Shown: positions 1 to 8,718 of the stretch, one piece after another
Numbering within the stretch: the stretch's first letter is position 1
Layout of the letters: every line of letters begins with the position of its first letter
Origin: Verrucomicrobiota bacterium
Lineage (GTDB): Bacteria > Verrucomicrobiota > Verrucomicrobiia > Chthoniobacterales > UBA10450
Direction: 5' to 3'
Length of the DNA stretch: 64,000 nucleotides
NCBI GenBank assembly: GCA_046724585.1
Contig: JBKOWV010000059.1
Span: 16,612-80,611 of the forward strand
Notes under the pieces: generated by a model
What the model saw: only the letters and a program-made list of their open reading frames with translations
The model's database searches: none
What the model was told of the DNA's origin: nothing
Made by a program: the position numbers and the translations under genes

Positions 1-261
1 GAAGTAGGAAGTAAGAAGAAGGAATTAAGAAGGTCGCTATCGACTTTTATGGTCGCCGTGCTGGCGCAGTAAACTGCTGAAAGCGCAGCCAGCATCAGCG
101 TCATCCAAATCGCGGCAAATGAATTGGGCGCGACGGTTTCATGATCGCGAGCGTATTTCGGCTGAGCACCGGGATGTCAAAAGAGATCGCTTATTCTCGA
201 CACTCTTAGGAGGTGTGACTGAGCTTGACGATCAAGCCTTCGCAAGGGCACATCGGGCGTA

Positions 262-708
262 GTGTTGCGATTCGTTTTCGGATTATTTGCGATTGTCTGT
301 CTGGCCGGATGTGAAAAGCAGAGCGGTGAAGCAGTCGTGCTTGCAAAGGAGCATATCGCGGCTGCACCGCCAATCAGTAAGACGTCGCGTGCCGGTCCCG
401 CGGCGAGTCCAAATGAAGTTTCAACGAGCGCCGAGCAGCCACGTCCAATCGGCGATGAGGAGATCACGGTGGACGGCTACGTCATGAAACCGGACGTACG
501 CGGCACGAGCCACGATCCGCGCGCGTTGAAAGACGAACAGTGGCTCGTAAAAGTTCGAATGCTTGATGATGGGCGCACGTTGAACGTTCAGGCGGATCAA
601 GGACAGTTCGACAAACTAAAGGAGGGCGATCGGGTACGAGTCAGATACCGGCTCGGCAAATATACGAAGACTGTCTGGGACGCGGAGATCGAGGAAACCA
701 ACAAGTGA
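262..708 (+). CDS. putative lipoprotein, function unknown
   Basis: 148-aa ORF with GTG start. N-terminus MLRFVFGLFAIVCLAGCEK has a hydrophobic signal followed by an L-A-G-C lipobox. Confidence 0.6.
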   Translation: MLRFVFGLFAIVCLAGCEKQSGEAVVLAKEHIAAAPPISKTSRAGPAASPNEVSTSAEQPRPIGDEEITVDGYVMKPDVRGTSHDPRALKDEQWLVKVRMLDDGRTLNVQADQGQFDKLKEGDRVRVRYRLGKYTKTVWDAEIEETNK

Positions 709-1287
709 GAAAAGTTTAGAAGGTGAAGCCGAGATCAGTTTATACGGACCTGGGACGAGCGCCCGCTGAGACGGAGGAGTATGCAATTCACAAATGCTTC
801 TAGCGCCTGAACCGACAATCTGATCGAGCTAGCAGAAAAACAGCCAGAGAGTCAGTACCATGAAAAACGCTATAGTGGCGCTATCGCAATCCAAGCGCCA
901 ATACTCGACGCGCGTTGCAAACGGTATGGTGGGAGCACTTCCTCTTAGCCTTTGCGGCTCTTCTTTCGCCACACTCGTTTCTGCGCCTTCTTTCCCATCG
1001 GCGGCGGCGGGATGCGCATCGTTCGACTCATCGCATCGTCGAATTTAATTGGGCGCGGAAGCTTTACTGGCTTAGCTGAGGGCATCCGGCAGTATTGAGC
1101 CTTGTCAGAAATTTGACAAGTAGAGGACGAACAAAAGCGTTGACAAGCAGCCGCTCCGCTTGGAAAGTCCACACTCGTTTTTACCATGTTCGCGCCGCAA
1201 CTCATTCCATCCGCTCTCGCAGGCAGCGTGCCGACCATTCTTCAATTCCCGACGGAGGCATCCCGCCCCGTTCGATCCTTGCGCCAT

Positions 1288-1500
1288 ATGACGACTCAAC
1301 TTCTCCAAGAAGCAGCCCAGGTTATCCCGAATCAGCAACTTCTGATCAACGTTGTCTCCAAGCGGGTGCGGCAGCTCGGGTTGGGACATCGGCCGATGGT
1401 GGAGACGACTCCGCGGATGTCGCTTACGGATATTGCGCTCAAGGAAATCATCGCGGGCAAGTTGACCTTCGAGCCGATTGAGAGTTCGGACGGCGCCTAA
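1288..1500 (+). CDS. rpoZ: DNA-directed RNA polymerase subunit omega
   Basis: ORF track gives 1186..1500. The omega-like core (QQLLINVVSKRVRQL ... SLTDIALKEIIAGKL) begins right after the ATG at 1288, which I take as the start. Confidence 0.8.
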   Translation: MTTQLLQEAAQVIPNQQLLINVVSKRVRQLGLGHRPMVETTPRMSLTDIALKEIIAGKLTFEPIESSDGA

Positions 1501-1533
1501 GCGGTTCCACAGGCAATCTTGCCTGTGCCTGGT

Positions 1534-1995
1534 ATGTCGCCTGAGTCGATTGTTAATCGCAAGGCGCTGCGCGATTATCACGTTCTCGAGCGCTACGAAG
1601 CCGGGATCGAACTAAAGGGCAGCGAGGTCAAATCCATCCGCGCAGGCAAGGCAAACATCGGCGATGCTTTCGCGCGAATCGAAAATGGCGAAGCCTTTCT
1701 TTACAACGCCGATATTCAACCGTACGAAAAAGCCAGCCGCGAAGTCCCGGCCGCGAAGCGCGTTCGCAAATTGTTGTTGCATCGACAGGAGATCGACAAG
1801 CTTTATGGCGAAACGCAAGTCGCCGGGCGGGCGCTTGTGGTTCTCAAGCTTTACTGGAAAAACGGAAAGCTCAAAGCCGAGCTCGGCGTTGCCCAGGGCA
1901 AAGTGGCGCGCGATAAACGCGCGGATCTGAAGAAGCGCGCCGTTGATCGCGAGACCGCGCGTGAAGTCGCGCGCTTCAACCGCAAACACGGCTGA
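1534..1995 (+). CDS. smpB: SsrA-binding protein SmpB
   Basis: KALRDYHVLERYEAGIELKGSEVKSIRAGKANI ... RKLLLHRQEIDKL ... LKLYWKNGKLKAELGVAQGK is a typical SmpB sequence. The ATG at 1534 is preferred over the TTG at 1519. Confidence 0.93.
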   Translation: MSPESIVNRKALRDYHVLERYEAGIELKGSEVKSIRAGKANIGDAFARIENGEAFLYNADIQPYEKASREVPAAKRVRKLLLHRQEIDKLYGETQVAGRALVVLKLYWKNGKLKAELGVAQGKVARDKRADLKKRAVDRETAREVARFNRKHG

Positions 1996-2000
1996 TTCGG

Positions 2001-2051
2001 GGAGCACAGGCTGCCAGCCTGTCTTTCGCGGCAGTTTGCCGCGAAGGCTCC
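2001..2051. repeat. GC-rich double-hairpin element, possible smpB terminator
   Basis: GGAGC[ACAGGCT-gcc-AGCCTGT]cttt[CGCGGCA-gtt-TGCCGCG]aagGCTCC. Two hairpins are enclosed by a 5-bp closing stem, and there is no T-run. Confidence 0.4.
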
Positions 2052-2075
2052 CGTGCCGGACTGTAAGTTGCTGAA

Positions 2076-3110
2076 ATGAATGTTCGCCTTTTGCTGCTCG
2101 CAGGCGCCATTCTCTTCATCGCGTGGTTGATTCTGCGCCTAATCCGCACGGCGCATTATTCCTTGCGCGATAGAGTGGTTCTCATCACCGGGGGATCACG
2201 CGGACTTGGACTCGTGGTCGCGCGACAAATCTGCGCGGCAGGCGGAAAGGTTGCGCTCATTGCGCGCGATGCGGAGGAACTCGGGCGCGCAAAAGCGGAC
2301 CTTGCCCGGCGGGGCGACGCCCAGAACGTTTTCGGGGTTGAATGCGACCTGCTTGATGGAGAGCAAATTCGGTCTGCGGTTCGGCAAATCATCGATCACT
2401 TCGGCAAGATCGATATTCTGATCAACAACGCAGGCATTATCGAGGTCGGCCCGCTCGAGCACATGGCGCGGGAAGATTTCGAGCGCGCCATGCGACTGCA
2501 TTTTTGGGCGCCCTTTGAATTGATTACACAGATTGTTCCCGAAATGCGCAGGTGGGGCGGCGGCCGGATCGTCAATATTTCTTCCATTGGCGGCAAAGTG
2601 GCTGTCCCGCACCTCGCCCCGTACAGCGCGAGCAAATTTGCGCTCACCGGTCTCTCTGACGCGGTTCGTGCTGAACTGGCACGCGATAACATTTACGTGA
2701 CAACCGTGTCGCCAGGGATGATGCGCACCGGCTCGCACGTGAATGCAAAATTCAAAGGCAAACACGACGCCGAATTTGGCTGGTTCGCTGCCTCCGCTGG
2801 CGCGCCGCTGATCTCAATGAACGCCGACCGCGCCGCGCGAAAAATCCTTGCTGCCTGCCGTCGCGGTCAGCCATCGCTTACCCTCACATTTGCCGCGCGG
2901 GCGGCGATTCTTGGGAATGCGCTCTTTCCGAATCTGACAGGCTATTGGATGAAAATGGTAAACCACTTTCTTCCCAAAGTAGGCGACCACGAAGGCAATC
3001 AATCGCGGCCCGGCTCGCAAACACGCCGCCTGCTCCCGGCTTGGCTAACGTATTTGGCAGATCAGGCGACGAAGCGGAATAACGAAGGTCCTCGAAACAT
3101 CGACTTGTAG
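2076..3110 (+). CDS. SDR-family oxidoreductase with N-terminal membrane anchor
   Basis: TGGSRGLG cofactor motif, NNAG, and YSASK catalytic Y-x-x-x-K. N-terminal hydrophobic helix. The gene ends in TTGTAG. Confidence 0.85.
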   Translation: MNVRLLLLAGAILFIAWLILRLIRTAHYSLRDRVVLITGGSRGLGLVVARQICAAGGKVALIARDAEELGRAKADLARRGDAQNVFGVECDLLDGEQIRSAVRQIIDHFGKIDILINNAGIIEVGPLEHMAREDFERAMRLHFWAPFELITQIVPEMRRWGGGRIVNISSIGGKVAVPHLAPYSASKFALTGLSDAVRAELARDNIYVTTVSPGMMRTGSHVNAKFKGKHDAEFGWFAASAGAPLISMNADRAARKILAACRRGQPSLTLTFAARAAILGNALFPNLTGYWMKMVNHFLPKVGDHEGNQSRPGSQTRRLLPAWLTYLADQATKRNNEGPRNIDL

Positions 3111-3179
3111 TCTGTGTGGACAGGTGACACGCCTATGTTCCGAGTTTTACGCGTGTAAAATTTGTGGCTGACTAGTTAT

Positions 3180-3743
3180 GTGGCCAAACGTCTCTTTGTC
3201 GCGATCGAGCTGCCGGAATCCACCAGACAGTTTCTGGTCGATCTTGATCCAAAGATTCGCGGCGTGCGCTGGACTGAAGCAGCCCAAATGCATCTCACGG
3301 TCGGCTTCTTCGGCGACGTTTCGGAAGATGTCGATCCTGTGCTGCGTGAAAAACTCAGCGCGATCCAGTTTGGGACGTTTTTTCTACCGATCACCGGCGC
3401 CGGCACATTTCCGCAGAAAGGCCCACCGAAAATCATTTGGATCGGCGTCGGTCACGGACATCCGCATCTTTTCCAAGTGCACAAGCGCGTGCAGGAAGCC
3501 GCGCTGGCCGCTGGCATCGAGCCAGAACTTCGTCCCTGGCATCCGCACATTACGATTGCACGTTGCCGGGATGTCGCGCCGCAATCGATTCGCACGTTTT
3601 TACAGTCGAATCTTGATCTTGATGCGGGAATGATTCGGGTCGAGGCATTTCATCTGTATTCGAGCGAATTGACGCCCGCGGGCCCGATTCACACTCGCGA
3701 GCTCAGCATTTCGGCGACGAAAAATTGTAGGCCGTCTCTGTGA
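3180..3743 (+). CDS. thpR: RNA 2',3'-cyclic phosphodiesterase (2H family, ThpR/LigT)
   Basis: Two H-x-T motifs (HLTVGFFG and HPHITIAR). RLFVAIELP N-terminus. GTG at 3180 chosen; the ORF track starts at TTG 3162. Confidence 0.8.
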   Translation: MAKRLFVAIELPESTRQFLVDLDPKIRGVRWTEAAQMHLTVGFFGDVSEDVDPVLREKLSAIQFGTFFLPITGAGTFPQKGPPKIIWIGVGHGHPHLFQVHKRVQEAALAAGIEPELRPWHPHITIARCRDVAPQSIRTFLQSNLDLDAGMIRVEAFHLYSSELTPAGPIHTRELSISATKNCRPSL

Positions 3744-3776
3744 GACGGCGAGCGTCTGACACAGACGCCCCTACAA
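3725..3776. repeat. TGTAG...CTACA palindromic repeat, family B copy 1
   Basis: TTGTAGgCCGTCTCtgtGAGACGGcgaGCGTCTGacaCAGACGCccCTACAA between convergent thpR and the MFS gene. The MFS stop codon is the CTA of the CTACAA terminus. Confidence 0.8.
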
Positions 3777-5207
3777 ACCCTTGCTCGAGAGTGGCGCGGC
3801 CACATGCTCAAGGGATCGCCGTTCGGCTGGGACACCAATCCAAGCTTCGACCAATGCACCAAAAATCATCAGCGCGGCCGCGAGCAGATATCCCATGAAC
3901 AATGCCGTAATCGATCCCGTGCCGATGATCCATCCAAACAGCAACGGCGCGCCTACGCCGCCCGCCAGTGTTCCAATTGCGAAGAAAATTGCGATTGCCA
4001 GCGCTCGGATTTCCAGCGGGAAAATTTCGCTTACCGTCAAATACGCCGAACTGGCTGCAGCCGACGCGATGAAAAAAATAATCGTCCATGCCAGTGTTTG
4101 CGTTTGCGCGGTGAGCAAGCCGGCGTGAAAAAGCCAGCCTGTTAGCGCGAGCAAGATCCCGGCGAGCCCGTAGGTCGCAGCGATCATTTGCCTGCGTCCG
4201 ATCGTATCGAACAGATACCCGAGCAGGAGCGGCCCGAGCAAATTTCCCAGCGCGAACGGCAGGAGATAGCGGCCCACGCTTTCCTCAGGCACACCATAGA
4301 ACCGCATCAACACGAGCGCATAGGTAAAAAAGATCGCGTTGTAGAAGAAGGCCTGCGTCAGCATCAACACAAAACCAAGAAATGAACGCCGCCGATATTC
4401 GTGAACGATTGCATTCCAGATTTCAAACCAAGGCGTATGCGTGCGCGTTCGAATCCGCGTTGGCGGTCCGGCAACCGCCGAATAGCGGTGGCCGGTGCCT
4501 GCGATCTTTAGCTCGACTTCGCCAACAATCTGTTCCGCCTCGGGATTCCGTCCGTGAATCATCAGCCAGCGCGGGCTTTCTGGAATCCATCGGCGAAAGA
4601 AAATCACAATGAGACCCAGCACGGCGCCAATCCCGAACGCGCAGCGCCATCCCAGCCAGATTGGCAGCCTGCGCGGATCAAGCAGCACGAGGGTCGCGGC
4701 CGCGCCAAGTGCCGCGCCAAGCCAGTACGAGCCGTTAATTATTAAATCCACCCGGCCGCGGACACGCGCCGGAATCAACTCGTCGATTGCCGAATTGATC
4801 GCGGCATATTCTCCACCGATGCCGGCGCCGGTCAGCGCACGAAAGACAGCATAGCTGGCGAAGTTCCAGGAAAACGCGGACAGCGCTGTCCCGATCAAGT
4901 AAACGGCGACCGTTATGAAGAACAGTTTCTTTCGGCCGAACCGGTCCGTGCCGTAACCAAAGAGCAATGCGCCCAGCACTGCGCCTGCGAGATAGCAGGT
5001 CGCGCTCGCTCCCACCTGCGTGTCGGTCAATCCGAGTGTTTCATGGCGCGTTAAAATTCCGCCCAACGCGCCGGCCAGCGTGACTTCAAGACCATCGAGA
5101 ATCCAGGTCGCGCCGAGTGAAACGACAATCAGCCAATGCCATCGGCTCCACGGCATCCGGTCGAGCCGCGCCGGCACGTAGGACTCGATAGTTTCGCGGT
5201 CCGCCAT
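3771..5207 (-). CDS. MFS transporter, sugar-porter-like
   Basis: 478 aa with many hydrophobic segments. Contains GTDRFGRKK and PESPRWL motifs typical of MFS sugar-porter proteins. Confidence 0.88.
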   Translation of the reverse strand: MADRETIESYVPARLDRMPWSRWHWLIVVSLGATWILDGLEVTLAGALGGILTRHETLGLTDTQVGASATCYLAGAVLGALLFGYGTDRFGRKKLFFITVAVYLIGTALSAFSWNFASYAVFRALTGAGIGGEYAAINSAIDELIPARVRGRVDLIINGSYWLGAALGAAATLVLLDPRRLPIWLGWRCAFGIGAVLGLIVIFFRRWIPESPRWLMIHGRNPEAEQIVGEVELKIAGTGHRYSAVAGPPTRIRTRTHTPWFEIWNAIVHEYRRRSFLGFVLMLTQAFFYNAIFFTYALVLMRFYGVPEESVGRYLLPFALGNLLGPLLLGYLFDTIGRRQMIAATYGLAGILLALTGWLFHAGLLTAQTQTLAWTIIFFIASAAASSAYLTVSEIFPLEIRALAIAIFFAIGTLAGGVGAPLLFGWIIGTGSITALFMGYLLAAALMIFGALVEAWIGVPAERRSLEHVAAPLSSKGL

Positions 5208-5254
5208 AATTCTCGGTCAAGTAAGTTGTAACCACGGCTCTGCGAGTCGTGTGA

Positions 5255-5683
5255 TCATCGGTTTGCGAGCTCGCGAAAATACTCCGCTACGTTTGGCTTA
5301 AAATAAAAATACCAAACCGACGCGCCACCAAACAAAGTACTGTTGATAATCGCGCGCCAGATGATCGCGTGATGCATCAGATTCAGTGCGCCAAGGATCG
5401 ACGCATAAACAACAATTAGCGCGAACATCGCAATCACACCGTGACGCGACCACGCTTTTTCCGTCGCGAATCCATAGCTGATGCACGCCATCAAAACGCC
5501 AATCACCGCCACCAACGGCGCGGCAAGGTGCAACCACTCGGTTCGCGTAACGCGCTCGCCGCCCATGACGTGTGGCCCGATATCGAGAATCGCGAGCACG
5601 ATCGACAAGTACATCCCGACCGAAGCCAACGCCGCGAACCATGCCAGGATTCGAATGAGGAATGGTTGCTTGGATTTTGTCAC
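5255..5683 (-). CDS. integral membrane protein, function unknown
   Basis: 142 aa with four hydrophobic segments. Lies 8 nt downstream of the MBL-fold gene on the same strand. Confidence 0.6.
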   Translation of the reverse strand: MTKSKQPFLIRILAWFAALASVGMYLSIVLAILDIGPHVMGGERVTRTEWLHLAAPLVAVIGVLMACISYGFATEKAWSRHGVIAMFALIVVYASILGALNLMHHAIIWRAIINSTLFGGASVWYFYFKPNVAEYFRELANR

Positions 5684-5691
5684 AAGGATAA

Positions 5692-6498
5692 TTAGGAACT
5701 GATCGCGCGCAGGTAGCGCTCCGCCGAGCGAGCCACCGCGGTTTTAGCGTCGGACAAGACGTTCGCCTGCCACCAGCCGCCGTAGATTTGATCGAATGAG
5801 AATGGTTCGATTCTCTCGACGATGCGGCGTATTGCCGTGGGTCCAAGCGGAATGAGATTCGGATAACTTCGCATGAAGCTGACGTAACGGCGGTCCTGCG
5901 CCACGGTAATGATGTCGCCCGTGAGCAATGCTCCCTTGCCATTGGCGCCTGCCGGCCAGTTCAGCACTGTGCCGCCTTCAAAATGACCGCCACAATTGAT
6001 CAGCGTTAGTCCATCCCAAAGTGGGAAGGTTGTTCCTTCCCAGAATTGAATGCGCGGGCTTTTGCGCATGACCCATTCGCGGTCGGCGGCATGCAAGAAT
6101 ATTTCGGCATCGAATCGTTCGCTCCACTCAATCATCGACGAGTAAAAATGCGGATGCGTAATCGCGATGGCGCGGATACCGCCGCGCATGTTCATCTCGG
6201 CGATGGTTTCGTCGTCGAGCAATGAAATACAATCCCAGAGGAGATTTCCGCTTGGCGATTGCAAGAGCAATGCGCGCTGCCCGATGGCAAATTCCGGTTC
6301 GGTCCCGATCCCGAGGAGTTGTGACGCCTCATCTTCGATTCGGTTATGATGATCACGCGCGAGCGGATCAAGCGTAGTCCATTCCTGACCGACGTGACGA
6401 ACGAATTGCCGTTCGTCCTCGCAAATGGGGCAGGAGCGTGGCGGTCGTGCGGTCTCGTCAAACTGGGTTCCGCACTGGATGCAGATGAAATTTTCCAC
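5692..6498 (-). CDS. MBL-fold metallo-hydrolase with N-terminal zinc ribbon
   Basis: CIQCG...CPIC Cys4 ribbon followed by a beta-lactamase-fold-like region (AIAITHPHFYSS). GTG start. Confidence 0.7.
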   Translation of the reverse strand: MENFICIQCGTQFDETARPPRSCPICEDERQFVRHVGQEWTTLDPLARDHHNRIEDEASQLLGIGTEPEFAIGQRALLLQSPSGNLLWDCISLLDDETIAEMNMRGGIRAIAITHPHFYSSMIEWSERFDAEIFLHAADREWVMRKSPRIQFWEGTTFPLWDGLTLINCGGHFEGGTVLNWPAGANGKGALLTGDIITVAQDRRYVSFMRSYPNLIPLGPTAIRRIVERIEPFSFDQIYGGWWQANVLSDAKTAVARSAERYLRAISS

Positions 6499-6542
6499 GG
6501 CGTGATGAGCCTACCCTAATAATCGCCGCTGGGAAAAATCGA

Positions 6543-6685
6543 TGTAGAGGTGCTCGCCGCGGCCAGCACCTGACTAACAACTGAGCGTTTTAACCGCGGA
6601 TAACGCCGATGCCACGGATACACCGAATGGCATACGGTTTTCCTTCTCTCATTTCATCTGTGTAATCCGCGTAATCCGTGGTTCA
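6543..6685. repeat. intergenic repeat block: TGTAGAGG hairpin plus GTGTAATCCG inverted repeat
   Basis: TGTAGAGGTGCTcgccgcggccAGCACCT (family E) is followed by CCGCGGATAAC..CCACGGATACAC and, inverted, GTGTAATCCGCGTAATCCGTGG. A related unit lies at about 46858-46890. Confidence 0.55.
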
Positions 6686-6699
6686 AGTTCTGTGCGCCT

Positions 6700-7344
6700 T
6701 TAATCCTTATGCCGAATCGAGCCGGCACCGGTGATGTGTTTCTCGATTGTCTTTGGATTGCCGGAGTAAGTGACTTTTCCCGCTCCCGTGATGGCGACCT
6801 TCAATGTCTCGCTGACCGCGATCTCCGCGTCGGCTGCGCCGGTGGTGGAGATTTCGGCGGTTCTGGTTTGCAGACCACTGGCATTTAGCTCACTTGCGCC
6901 GGTCATATCAGCCAGGAGTTGGTCGATGCTGCCATCGAGTTTGACTTGCGATGCGCCGGTCGCTTCGAAAGCGAATTTCGGGCCGGAGAGCTGGTTCGCG
7001 GTGAGCTTCACCGCGCCGCTGATCCGCGCCCCGTTGCGGGTTGGGCTTGAAATCACGACCTTGACTCCGTGGGTCGGCCGAATCTGCTCGCGCGTGCGCA
7101 AGCGAAGCGTGTTGCCGGAGATCTGATTCTCGATGTAGGGAAGAAGATTTTCGTCTGTCGTGATACGGAGAGCAGGTTCTCCATTTTGCCATTCGATTTG
7201 AAATGCGCCACTGGCGTCGATATTGGCAAAGACGCTAATTGTGCGTTCATCGGTTTTGATGTTGCCATTGCCTCGGATTCCGACCCACCGGCATCCGGCG
7301 ACCAGAACGACGCAGGCGAAAAACAAAATGATGATCTTCTTCAT
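6700..7344 (-). CDS. DUF2807/GIN-domain lipoprotein (adhesin-head-like beta-helix)
   Basis: Periodic xTGAxx / xSGAxx turns (ASGAFQ, ISGAVK, ATGASQ, MTGASE, TTGAAD, ITGAGK, ITGAGS). Lipoprotein signal MKKIIILFFACVVLVAGC at the ATG at 7344; the ORF track extends to 7422. Confidence 0.7.
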   Translation of the reverse strand: MKKIIILFFACVVLVAGCRWVGIRGNGNIKTDERTISVFANIDASGAFQIEWQNGEPALRITTDENLLPYIENQISGNTLRLRTREQIRPTHGVKVVISSPTRNGARISGAVKLTANQLSGPKFAFEATGASQVKLDGSIDQLLADMTGASELNASGLQTRTAEISTTGAADAEIAVSETLKVAITGAGKVTYSGNPKTIEKHITGAGSIRHKD

Positions 7345-7441
7345 TGGAAACATCCCTCCTGTCATTAGGATGCAGCCAGCGTTCGGTTTGGATTCAAGAA
7401 AAAATATCAGGCTTAGGTCCAATCGTCAGATCATGAAGGGG

Positions 7442-7516
7442 TTGTAGCCACGGCGCTGTGTCGCCGTGTCTGGTGTCAACGCACCGCGCGCCTCGACGCA
7501 GCGATGGCGGCTACAA
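7442..7516. repeat. TGTAG...CTACA palindromic repeat, family C copy 1
   Basis: TTGTAGCCACGGCGctgtgtCGCCGTG......GGCGGCTACAA, near-identical in its arms to the copy at 42550-42623. Confidence 0.75.
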
Positions 7517-7536
7517 CGAATCACGGGAGCCGTGAT

Positions 7537-8550
7537 TCACTTCACAATCTTTAGCTTCACCGTTTCTACCAGCACGTCGTCCACGTAGAACTCCGCGCGA
7601 TAATCGCCAGGTGCCCAACCATCTTCGGGCCGGGACAGCGTAAATGCTCCGTGAGCCGTCGGGCTTTCGGCGATGGCGGAAGCTTCGTCTACTTTGTAAT
7701 CCGGTGGAAACTCCTCGCCAATATTTTCGGCGATCCAGACAGCACGCACCTTTGCGCCTCTCCGCAGTCGCTGCCCGTGCCAGCGCGCATAAATCTGAGG
7801 TGTATCGGATGAAAACGTCGTGCTCGCGTTGCCATGCTGCTCCTTTGCAAAGCTCACGGAGACCTGCTTCGGCGCTGCCTCGGGTTTCGCTTCCGGTCTG
7901 GCCGTGACCCTGGGCAGCTCTGCCAATTCGAGCGAGATGCGCTCAAGCATATCGCCGTTTTGAGCGCGCATTGTTGTGACATCCTTCACTATTCCGGTGC
8001 CGGGCGTGAACCAGCGGTCAATTGTCATGGGGCTGGGCGATGTTTGCTCGCTGTGGATGCGGAACGCGTGAAATTTTCCCGCCAGTACGTTGATGTCTTC
8101 CTCTCCCGTCACCTCATATTGCTGATGAACTTTCAGGTCACCGGCCTCTCCTTCGAAATTCCACGTGGCGCCCCGCTTAAGCGGCATGGTGATTATCGGT
8201 TGCGGCGGATCAAATTTAACCAATTCGCCATCCAGATTAATCCGCGCCCAACAGAGAATTCCGTGTTCGTCCACGGTAAGCAGGTCAGTGTTTGTGATCA
8301 CGCCCGCACGATGCATTTCGAATTTGAGAAGCTCCTTCCCGTCAACGTTTTCCGTTCCCTCAATGCGATACACGACCGCGGTGCGAATTTTGCCGTCAGG
8401 GTCTGGTCTGATATTGGGAACAGTGAGTCCGTGATCTACTTCTTGTGTCATGTTGTATCGCCAGGCCGTCCCGGGCGCGGTTGGGATGAGCGGAGCGGCA
8501 ATCGATGTGGTCGCCGTCACGCTGATGATCAATACGAAGGTGATCTTCAT
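7537..8550 (-). CDS. secreted protein, function unknown
   Basis: 337 aa with signal peptide MKITFVLIISVTATTSIAAP. I recognise no catalytic motif. Confidence 0.65.
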   Translation of the reverse strand: MKITFVLIISVTATTSIAAPLIPTAPGTAWRYNMTQEVDHGLTVPNIRPDPDGKIRTAVVYRIEGTENVDGKELLKFEMHRAGVITNTDLLTVDEHGILCWARINLDGELVKFDPPQPIITMPLKRGATWNFEGEAGDLKVHQQYEVTGEEDINVLAGKFHAFRIHSEQTSPSPMTIDRWFTPGTGIVKDVTTMRAQNGDMLERISLELAELPRVTARPEAKPEAAPKQVSVSFAKEQHGNASTTFSSDTPQIYARWHGQRLRRGAKVRAVWIAENIGEEFPPDYKVDEASAIAESPTAHGAFTLSRPEDGWAPGDYRAEFYVDDVLVETVKLKIVK

Positions 8551-8718
8551 TCGGTCGTTTTAAGACTCGTATACTGACATGCCGCCCCGCCTTTCGTTCA
8601 AGTCACTGATTCACGCTGGCTCGCGGTGACTTTTTCTTGAGAAGCACGTCCCGCGACCTGTGCTGCCCAGAATCGTACGTGAACTCGCGCGGCCCGATTA
8701 GCCGATTATCGTCCGTCC

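Noticed and set aside
1-104. Minus-strand ORF start (MTLMLAALSAVYCASTATIKVDSD...) running off the left edge.
   Set aside because: Only 34 codons are visible. It is signal-peptide-like but not assignable, and there is no clear ribosome-binding site.
1162-1170. GGAAAGTCC, identical to the core of the RNase P RNA P4 motif.
   Set aside because: It is an isolated 9-mer 120 nt before the rpoZ start. I could not find the other conserved RNase P helices, and there is not enough room for a 350-400-nt RNA.
1996-2075. Looked for tmRNA (ssrA) next to smpB.
   Set aside because: There is no tRNA-like 3' end (GGTTCGAATCC...CCA context) and no GGGGC 5' end on either side of smpB. The structured element at 2001-2051 is only a double hairpin.
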